A DNA stretch of 64,000 bases from Antechinus flavipes (lineage: Eukaryota). The notes below the pieces were generated by a model. The model was not told the origin of the DNA. It did no database searches and saw only the letters and a list, made by a program, of their open reading frames with translations. The position numbers and the translations under genes were made by a program. Below, piece by piece: positions 12,026 to 20,868 of this stretch. The DNA is taken from contig NC_067401.1 in NCBI RefSeq assembly GCF_016432865.1, positions 190,030,001 through 190,094,000 on the forward strand. Direction: 5' to 3'. Position 1 is the first letter of the stretch; every line of letters starts with the position of its first letter.

Positions 12026-12393
12026 AATATCTATAAAAATGTAGTTATTTCTAGGTTTCTGAGGTGGCATATGTGGGGATATCCAGGGTCTCAGACAGTG
12101 CATTAGTGATGTAATATAGCATTTGAGGTCCCCCAATTTTGGGAGGGGTGCCATTACTGGATCTGTATCCCAAGGAACTCATAAAGGACAGAATAGGATC
12201 CACATGTGCAAAAATGTTTGTAGCAGCTCTTTTTAGGGTGGCAAAGAAGGAAAAGGAGAGGATGCCCATCAACTGGGGAATGGCTGAATAAGCTGTGGTA
12301 TGGAAGATAATGGAATATTATTGTTCTATAAAAAATGATGAACAAGCTGATTATAGAAAGGCCTGGAAAGATTTACATGAACTGATGCTGAGC

Positions 12394-15140
12394 TGACTTC
12401 ATGACTTTCAACAGTTGGTGGGAACTTTACAGTGGCTGAGGGCCACACCTCTGGTCCCCCCTTCTTTATGCACCCTTTTATGATATTTTGAAAGGCCCTT
12501 CTGCCCTGACATCACCACGGTTGTGGTCTGCGGAGGCCCGTGCAGCACTACAATCTGATCCCTTGCTGTGCACTTGTCCTGCCTCTAGAATTGGTCCTTT
12601 GGGGCCCTTGATGCTGCCGGCATTTGTTGTTAAGCCCTTTTCTCTGCATGGCACATGGTGAGCCCTCTGCAGAGAGGCTGTCCCCTACCAGGCCTTCACG
12701 GGCTCTGACCAGTGAGACTGAAGGACGCGGTTCCTTCCTGTGGCAATGTTGCCAGTAGGCCGGACTTATCTCGGGGCCACCCCCTCAATTGGCCCTTGGT
12801 AGAGCAGCACAGCAGGCGCTTGCCATTGCCCAGGAGAACTTAATGGGGGCAGTTCTGTCCGGCTTTGTCCCTTAGCGCCTTTGCCTACTTCTCGGCCACT
12901 TAGACAATTGTACAAAAGACTAAGAGGAAGTATTGCCCCTGGACCTCTTTCCTCAGAGCCAGTGCCAGGCCCTGATGTTTTTACTGATGCTACCAAAGAT
13001 CACAGGGCAGACACTCAGGAGACATATGTCCTTGACACCCCCTATGATTCCACACAGAAAAATGAGTTATAAGCCATCAGACACGCCATGCAACGGCATA
13101 AAGAGGCTATTTGTGTCCTCCCGGACAGTCTTTATGTCTGCCAAGCCATCCGGCAGCTACCACACGCGGATATGGATGACAGGCCCTCCACCATCACTGG
13201 TCTCCTTCAGGCTCAAGAAGCTTTCAACAGCAGAGCCGCGCCCCTTTTTATCAGGCGTGTTAGTCTCAGACGGACGGCCCGGCCTGTATTTGAGGGCAGT
13301 GAGGTGGCTGATTCCCTCCTTTACCCCGTGTGTGGCCTGTACTCGGTTGCCCCCGCCCATAAGGCACATGCTTCGTGTCACTTATCTGCCTGCAATGGGC
13401 GGCTGTATGGCGTCTCTAAAGCAGAAGCTGTGGCCATCGTTCGCCGCTGCACTACTTGTGCTCCTTTTCCTCCTGCTCCTAGAAATACTGCAACAAATCC
13501 TAGCGGTGAGTCGCCCAACGCCCTCTGGCAAATGGATGTGGCTCATGGTAAAGGCAGAGCATCCACGTAACCCTGGATACACCCCCCCAATTCCTCATGG
13601 TTCACTCCCACCAGGAGAAGTACTCAGGCACCGACCAGCCATCTTTATCACTGCTTCTCCATTGCAGAGTCCCACGTGCACTTAGGACAGATAATGGATC
13701 ACTTATGCATCCTCGCCTTTAGGTCCTTTTGCACTGAATCTGGCATTGCCCATCCCACTGGCATCCCCTATAAGCCTATGGGCCAAGCCATTGTTGAACA
13801 GGCTAATCGTACTCTCAAGAGGCTCCTGTCTGAGCAGGAAAAAGGCGTGTGGGGGTTTACAGGCCCTCCACCGACTCACGCCGGCCCGCTTAGAAGCGGT
13901 GATATATACGGAGAATTACTTACAGTTTTCACACTCCTTGGACCTCACCCCAGAGATGCACTTCTGGCACACGCTTCTGCCTAACTAACTAACTAGCTAA
14001 CTTCTAGCTAACAGACTGGCCGACAAAGACAAGAGCCCTCTCTCCACGGTGATGTGGAAGGGCTTAGATGGCATCTGGAAGGGCATCTGGGTCAGGATTG
14101 GGGCCCCGGGTATGCTCTTGTCATTCCGGATGCAGACCCAACAGCAGAGGAGAGGATCCCAACCAGGAACATCCGGGACCTGGGGAACCAAGAAGAGAAG
14201 GACCGGACAACGACGACGTCACCGCCGCCGGCGGCCCAGAAGGATGGGCCGGATGTCAGAGCCCTGCAGATGCTCCTGGCAGCCGCGTCCCTCCTGACCG
14301 TGACACCAGAGACAGCAGACACAGCTCCAGTGCCGCAGCTGGATTGGTCTGTGCAATACCTACAGACTGATAAATGGACAATGGCGACTCATATGGTGGC
14401 CTGGGGAGGGGCTTCCTCCTGTTTTCCACTTATAGACAATGACTAAGTTAGTGGATGAAAAACCAACAGGCCCACCGGCCAAAGCTACCGAGGCAGGGCT
14501 GCGGGACAGGACTTTGCTTGTATGCATCCTCCTCTGTGCCTTTCTTTACTAAAAGGCGTGCACAGTTGAAAGCACAGACTTATGACATCCTCCCTCCTTG
14601 AACATGACTTTCTTGAATGGATTAAACACTATGTTATCCATGCTTGGTTGTGGCCCCGTTGGGCCTAGTTCTTACTGTTTTATTTTGTTTGCCTTTGTTC
14701 TGTTACAGACACTGTAATCTCATGGATCAGGCGAGCTATTGCCGATGCTAAAGCTAGCTGCATGTGGTGAGTGGTCCCGCTTTACAAGAGCAGGGAATTG
14801 TAAGGGTCGGAGGAGGAGGAGGAGTCACAGACGGTGCAACAGAAGTACGCGGGCTTTGCCTGAGAGCCCTGGAAGTGGGTTTGCTGCGTCCCAGCAGGGA
14901 CCCCTCATGGGCGGGAGCTCTGGTCGCTTTGAGATCCGCATCATCTGCGGGAGTGTTTCCTTCTCTGAGTGACCCTATGTAAGCTGTGGGGACCAGGAAG
15001 TTGGCCCTTTCCCCCCCGGAGCTCTGTTGGGAGTAGTAACTAAGAGTGTGCAGGAGGTCAGAGGGTAGTATGTGGACACGTGAACAAAGATCCTGAGCTT
15101 GCATACAACTGCTCTCGAGTGCTCTGTCATGTAGCTACCA
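12394..15140 (+). mobile_element. 5'-truncated betaretrovirus-like (ERV2) provirus remnant: RT thumb/connection, RNase H, integrase, internally deleted env, 3' LTR
   Basis: Across frameshifts: LHDFQQLVGTLQWLR and PFYDILKGPSALTSPR (RT); VFTDATK..STQKNEL (RNase H); H..C..CTTC and NALWQMDV, GIAHPTGIPYKPMGQAIVEQANRTLK, WKG..W, WGPGYALV..ERIPTRNIR (integrase); an env leader and a TM-like FLEWIKHY..GLVLTVLFCLPLF; purine tract 14786-14798; LTR starting TGTAAGGG at 14799. Confidence 0.92.
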
Positions 15141-15331
15141 GGGGTCCTCAAACTTTTTAAATAGGGGGCAAGTTCACTGTCCCTCAGATTGTTGGAGGGC
15201 CGGACTATAATAAAAAACAAAACTTTTGTTTTGTGGGCCTTTAAATAAAGAAACTTCCTAGCCCTAGGTGAGGGGGATAAACGTCCTTAGCTGCCGCATC
15301 TGGCCTGTGGGCCGTAGTTTAAGGACCCCTG
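15139..15331 (-). mobile_element. hAT/Charlie non-autonomous MITE, OposCharlie1 (OC1)-like, 193 bp
   Basis: Terminal inverted repeats CAGGGGTCCTCAAAC ... GTTTAAGGACCCCTG (14/15 match). The right flank GTCTAAAC fits the Charlie NTCTAGAN target preference. The OC1 assignment is from memory of the family termini. Confidence 0.85.
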
Positions 15332-16162
15332 GTCTAAACTATCATTCTTACGAAATAATGGCCAGCGATCTCTGAAGACCTCAGAAGGAGGTAAGCTTGG
15401 TAAAATTGGTTTAAGCACTGCAAAAGACAGTGACCAGAGATTTCCCTGAGGGCCTGGGAATTAGGAGAGACTGGCAATAGTGAATGCAGAGCGGGCATTC
15501 ACACTGAGCAAAACAAGCAGACCCAGGAGGAACACATTGTACACAATAACAGCAAGAATGTGAGATGGATATAACAATGATTTTGAGGTCCCCTGATTTT
15601 AGGGGGGCTTCTGTTCTAACAATAAGTCAGTAGTCCTAATCTTCTGACTTTGCAGTCTCCCTCTGGAAACTGATTCTGAGTAGATCACACCTCAGTCAGA
15701 TAGCTTCTGGCCTCAGGAAACTCCCACAAATGAACTGCTGAGACAATAGTGAATAGACCACTCCACTGTTCATTGCTGACTGTCAGATAGATAATCTGTT
15801 GGTCAGTGATAACCAAATTTGGGAGCCACTCCTCTGGGCCATAGAACTAGCATGTCAATGATAGAATGCTGGATAAGGGGGTCTCCTCTCTCTTAGCATG
15901 CTGCTGATTTCTTCTGGAACTCAGCTCACTTGCAACGGCATTACAATTATAATAAACTTTGCCCCTTGACTGGGAAATGGGTTCAAGCCTGCAAATTCTT
16001 TTGAGATACCCCATGACACCGGTCTGTGACCCCAAACTTTTGGAGTCCCTTCCTAACCTCCACATTAGGATGGTGGTCTGCAAGATTATATTGAGGAGTG
16101 CTACTGCCTACTGGGATCGGGTAAATGAAACTCAACCAAGGAGGTTATAGCTCAGCTTGGCT

Positions 16163-16553
16163 CTACTCTGATCTCTCAGTAGTATCAGCTGTGCATATAG
16201 CCCTAGGGCCACAAGTTGTAGAAAGTCCCCTCCCAATAGTTTGTAGTGGGGGAAAGTAGCCCAACATCTCTATCTCTGAAAACAGAAAGGAATGTGAGTC
16301 AAAACTAGAAGACGAAAGGGTGAGACTGAGAGAAAGGGGGGGGGGGCCTGAGGACAGAGGGAAACTCGGGATAGGTTAAATTCAAAGGATGTCTAAAGTA
16401 AAACCTGAGCAAAGGTTCAAGTGTAATAGTGGAACCATTAAGCAGGTGGGGTAGAGAGTCCAGTTAGTAGAGCAGGTCTCAGACAACACAGGACAGTCAG
16501 AGGGGATGGGGCTGTGAGGGGCACAATAGCGACCACAAAAATAATCAGAGATT
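16163..16553 (-). pseudogene. Candidate LY6/uPAR (LU) domain exons 2 and 3, degenerate
   Basis: Exon 16405-16553 (AG acceptor, GT donor) encodes FCGRYCAPHSPIPSDCPVLSETCSTNWTLYPTCLMV, with five Cys in LU-like spacing, but is 149 nt, one short of phase 1-1. A strong acceptor at 16275 opens EIEMLGY..TTCGPRAICTADTTERSE*, read as a decayed GC..CC..D.CN motif. Confidence 0.4.
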
Positions 16554-17037
16554 CTTGGTGTAAGAAAAAGCAAAAAGGAATTAACAAATCATAATAATGA
16601 TCTCAAGAGAAAGGGCATCTCCCATCTGATAAGATGTTTGTCAGTCAAAGGAGTGCAAAGTAAAAATTGCAAAACACAAGATTAAATAGTCTGAATACAG
16701 AAGCCCCACCCCCTATTTCTTCCACACACACCCCTGGCCTTTTCTCCCAAAGTTTGAGGGCATCCTGGTTTACATTCTAATCAAGGAAATCTATGCCAGA
16801 AGTGAAAGAATAAATTGTCTTTAGAAGAGGTACTTAAATGCTAATTGAAGGTGGTGGAAAGAGGAGGGGATGAACACCTGAAACTTTTTTAGCTATAGCT
16901 TTATTTGTTATTATAGTCTCAAGTCACAATTATAGTTTAAGTATAGTTTAAGGCTATATTCCCATGAGAGGGTCTTCACTCAGTTAATTCCATACAGGTG
17001 GGAGAGAGACATAGAAAGGAAGAAACAGACATTGAAG

Positions 17038-17559
17038 TGTAATGTCAGAGAAAACAAGGCAAGATATAGATTAGAGAGTTTTTAATATTTTATTTGGGTT
17101 TCTATGAGGGAAAGATAGTCTGGAGGCAGAGCAGAATCCATTCTGCCTCCAGGGCCAAATTGTGACATTTGTCTCAAAGAATCCAGCAGCAAATGTGAGA
17201 TTCCAATGAGCTCCAAATGATCAGGGGAGACAAAGGCAAAGGAGTCCAAACATTGGTAAACTCAGGAATTTCCAAGCAGGTCCCATTAATTTGGTTCTGA
17301 CAATTTGGGGGGTGAGGACCATAAATTCTGATAAATTGGGAGTAAAGAGGGTAGTCAGCTAGAGACAGAAAATCTGGAACTTAGAGATACTTCAACATAT
17401 CTCTTAGTAACTTATCTGCCTATGGAATGCTAATGGTCAGTGCTCCCAGCCCTAATTATCTCAGTCCTAATGGTTAGAAAGGAGTGTTGCAACCAGGGGG
17501 ATTGAAGCAGGATAATTTAGAGAAACTGAGGCAGGACAATAAAAGGAACTGGCACAACA
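17038..17559 (-). mobile_element. Solo LTR related to family A, 4-bp TSD GAAG
   Basis: TG...CA termini; GAAG at 17034-17037 and 17560-17563. It shares the GATTAGAGAGTTTTTAATATTTTATT block and the terminal TGTAATGTCAGAG with family A. Confidence 0.9.
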
Positions 17560-18197
17560 GAAGGAAAAATAAACAGAGAAGGTGCACAATGAAGAATCCA
17601 GAAAGGATCAAAGAATTTGAAGATGAAAGGACCCCAGAGATCATCTAATTCATGTTCCTCAGTTAGCAAAATAGTAATTGGAGGTGAGAAAGAAAAATTG
17701 AGAAGGGGGAAGAAGGAAAGAGAGAAGAGATATCAAGCAGGAGAGAAAAGAAAGAGGAAGAGGAAGAAGACATCAGAGAAGAAAAAGATGCTGAGATAGA
17801 AGGGATCCAAAAACTTGAAGTTTTAGAAGGATAAGAAAAAACCAGAAAAAGTAGAGAAGGAAAGACAAATGAACCAAGACAATTTTATCCATAATGATTT
17901 CACCTATAATTTGCAATTTAAGAATAATAGCACTTTAAGTCAAGCACCATGCACATATCTCATTTAATTTTAAAAAATTCTGTGAAGTTTCCCCTATTTC
18001 CCTACCATTTCCTATTCTCTTCTCTTCCTTCCCAACATAGGTACACTCATTTCCTAGCTCCCACCTTTCAGTCACTTACTTCCAGCTTATTTGAATACTC
18101 AAGATCTTATATCCTTTCCCTCTTTTCCAAAACTACTTTCACCTATAATTCTATTTTTTTTAGAAAGGCTTGAAAAGATATATATATATATATATAT

Positions 18198-18402
18198 ATT
18201 TTAAATTTTTATTGACAGAACCCATGCCAGAGTAATTTTTTACAACATTATCCCTTGCACTCACTTCTGTTCCGATTTTTCCCCTTCCTCCCTCCACCCC
18301 CTCCCCCAGATGGCAAGCAGTCCTTTAAATGTTAAATAGGTTACAGTATATCCTAGATAGAATATATGTGTGCAGAACCGAACAGTTCTCTTGTTGCACA
18401 AG
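18198..18402 (-). mobile_element. Short L1 3' UTR fragment (similar ones at 19590-19820 +, 27170-27300 +, 30960-31077 +, 60295-60445 -)
   Basis: Each matches the recurring L1 3' terminal block (GGGAAAAATCGGAACAGAAGTGAGTGCAAGGGATAATGTTGTAAAAAATTAC or its older variant). Confidence 0.85.
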
Positions 18403-18599
18403 GACTAGAAAATACAACTAGCTTTAAATTCCTCATTCTGAACTTTTACTCTACAATCTGAAGAAGAGAATTGATTGTAGAGAAAGAATCATATAAATAC
18501 TCCCAAAGAAAATTCTAAGTATGGAAGAGTGAATTCAGAAATCTTTGCCCTATTATTTTCAGATAATTCAAAGTTTATGATGACAAATAATCTCATCAA

Positions 18600-19305
18600 T
18601 GTTGGGTTCTTGGAAATTTAATCCTTGGAGAGGCTAACCACCTGGACCCCAAGCTGAGTATTTGAAATGGAAGCCTATTCATTCTCCCACACACTACCCC
18701 AAAATGCCCTGCCCATAGAATGATTTGACTCAGCAACTATAGTGATGTCTCCCAAAGGGATCTAGGGATCTAGGGACTGTTCTGAAGGTGACTCAAGCTA
18801 CAAACCACTTCGAAGGTCCTTTAGTCCAATTGATGTAAACCGTTCTGATCTTTGGCGGGGTATGGGGTGTTGGGGAGGTAAAGGTTGGAAAGGCCATGGT
18901 GTAAACTGTGTCCCCTTTAATCTTGAGGGAAAGGTGGTTCTGGGTCTCAAATCCTCCTGTTCATAGGGGAAATTCCCAGATAAATAATCTCATTCAATTA
19001 GAGATTTTGGCTTCGGGCATAATCATTATCCTCTATTGAGTTGAAAATTAGTCCCTCAAATTCATTTGGAGACTGGCCCCAGCTCTGGGCCAAAAGAACC
19101 CAATATAATAAAACACTGTGTGCAAAAACCTTTGCGAACAATCCTAACACGATTTTGCCTGTTAAGAGAGCTGTTCTTTTAGCATAATAAACCCATTCTT
19201 GCCACAAACCTCGAGCCTATATTTATTGGGGTTTGCAAATTCTTTCTTTTGAAAAGCCTGTGACTGGCCAGGGAGACCCCAACCCTCATTTCTCCCACCT
19301 TAACA
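18600..19305 (+). mobile_element. Solo LTR (ERV1-like)
   Basis: TGTTGGG...TTAACA termini, AATAAA at about 19186, and a 3' block GCAAATTCTTT..GTGAC..GACCCCAA shared with family B. The flanks carry a near-TSD CAA(T). Confidence 0.7.
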
Positions 19306-20130
19306 CAATGAGATGGAACTGAACTAAACCTAGGCTTTAGAGAAGATGATAGCTGGGTTCATAAGGGGAGCAGAGGCTATAAGAGCAAGGACTAGGAAAA
19401 TTATATTTTTTGACCCATAAAAAAGTGGGTGCTGCTTCAAGAAAAGGGGGAGAATAGAGCAGGAAAAAAAGAATGCTAAATACTGGAGAACTAACACAAA
19501 GAGGACATGCTGTTTGGGGAACTTAAAGAACTTAGTCCTTGAGGAATGAGAATTTGGAAAAGTGCATTTTGTTTTCTTACTCATTTTCATTCCTTTTTAT
19601 CTGATTTTTCTTATGCAGCAAGATAATTGTATAAATATGTTTGCATATATTGGATTTAACATATATTTTAACATGTATAATATATATTGGATTGCTTGTC
19701 ATCTAGGGTAAGAGATGGAGAGAAGGAGGGGAAATTTTGGAACAAAAGGATATGCAAGGGTCAATGTTGAAAAATTATCCATCCATGTGTTTTGAAAATA
19801 AAAAGCTTTAATTTAAAAAAGAGAGAGAGAACTGGGAGAGGGAGAAAGAGGCTTGGGAACATCAGGGAGCTAAAACAAAAGATATCTAAGTCACTGAGAG
19901 GAGTGTGTGATGGGAGTTGGCCAGTAGAACAAAGGGCTTTTAGGGGACTGTGATCCCTTGAACCCTTGAATCTTGAAACCCTGAGAAGAGTTTTACCTCT
20001 TCTTCCTCTTTGCCTTCTCTTCTCAGAGTTTTTATTAGGGGCCAAGAAGCTTAATATCTAGATCCCTAAGCAGGAACTAGGGATTGAAGGGAGAAACTAA
20101 CTGAATACTTGAATCCCCTACAGAGCTCAT

Positions 20131-20182
20131 CTGAAACCCAGCAGACCAGCACTGAGAAGCTGAGGAGCAAGAAGGCACTCAT
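20131..20182 (-). pseudogene. LY6G6C-like signal-peptide exon with a broken splice donor
   Basis: 52-nt phase-1 exon MSAFLLLSFSVLVCWVS(G|) resembles human LY6G6C exon 1 (MKALMLLTLSVLLCWVS) in sequence, length and syntenic position: head-to-head with MPIG6B, about 0.7 kb from its ATG. The following intron begins ATGAGC rather than GTGAGC. Confidence 0.75.
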
Positions 20183-20759
20183 GGTAGGGCTGTTGGAGAT
20201 GATAGAAGAAGCAGATAAAGATTTCTAAATATTTGAGATTTGTAGCTAGAAAGGCCCCTCCCCTTCTGATCCAGGCAGCATCTCCTTTCCAAGTTTCATT
20301 TAACTGGGGACAGAGAGTATAGGGTAGAGAAAGGAAAGTTGAAGAGGGAAATGAGGAAGACCCTCTCCCCCAAAAAAGATGGACAAGAACTATCTTAGTA
20401 CAGGATAGCCTGTTCCTCTCCCCAAAATTCTGTTACCTTCTCAAGAGAAGCAAATAGAGAAGGAATTGTAACATCACCAAAACCCATTGTGATGTCAGAG
20501 TTCCTGGGGCTTATAGATTTTGGAATAACACCCTATAGGATGCAGCTAAACTGAATGAGTAAAAATAGCCCAGTCCCTTTTCTTCCCCTTGGGTGAAGAG
20601 TGCAAACCCTCTACACCTAGTGGTCCTCTCCGTCCTCGTGAGGATATGGGCTGTAATGGTCCCCATGTAGAATTTAGAGTCAACAGCGAGGGGTAAATAA
20701 GAATGTGGTCACTAAAATTCCCCTTAGGATTTGGTGTCCAGGAAACTGAATCTCCACCC

Positions 20760-20860
20760 CGTCCTTTATCTGTGTCCCCAACCCAGCAACTGCTCCCTCC
20801 CTCTAGCCAACTTCCCCCCTCCCCAGTCACTCAGCTCCCTCATTTCTGTCCCCACCAGAT
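20760..20860 (+). promoter_or_regulatory. MPIG6B proximal promoter with GATA and ETS motifs
   Basis: TTATCT (AGATAA) at 20766-20771 and ACTTCC (GGAAGT) at 20810-20815, the usual megakaryocyte GATA1/ETS pairing. Confidence 0.5.
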
Positions 20861-20868
20861 GCCCGATC

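Larger units (their letters stand above)
12148..15565 (+). mobile_element. Older L1 ORF2-end fragment split in two (12148-12393 and 15510-15565)
   Basis: The left part ends GAACTGATGCTGAGC and the right part resumes CTGAGCAAAACAAGCAG...GCAAGAATGTG. The uninterrupted equivalent is visible at 61431-61490. Confidence 0.85.
12110..16064 (+). mobile_element. LTR family B copy 2; main body 15570-16064, 5' tip at 12110-12147, split by an L1 fragment and the ERV2 block
   Basis: TGTAATATAGCATTTGAGGTCCCC at 12110 and GATTTTGAGGTCCCCTGATTTTAGGGG at about 15580 both match the start of the LTR at 7382; AATAAA at about 15950. Confidence 0.65.

Noticed and set aside
12700-12870. A second RT-thumb-like motif (GNV..*ARTYLG..AAQQAL) suggesting a duplicated or chimeric pol
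   Set aside because: The distance from EARAAL to FTD (~150 aa) fits a single betaretroviral connection domain, and RIGPLGPL..HGT matches the expected linker, so no duplication is needed.
12933-13685. 250-aa ORF as a novel protein
   Set aside because: It is an alternative frame over the RNase H/integrase remnant; the recognisable motifs are in the 12881 and 13088 frames.
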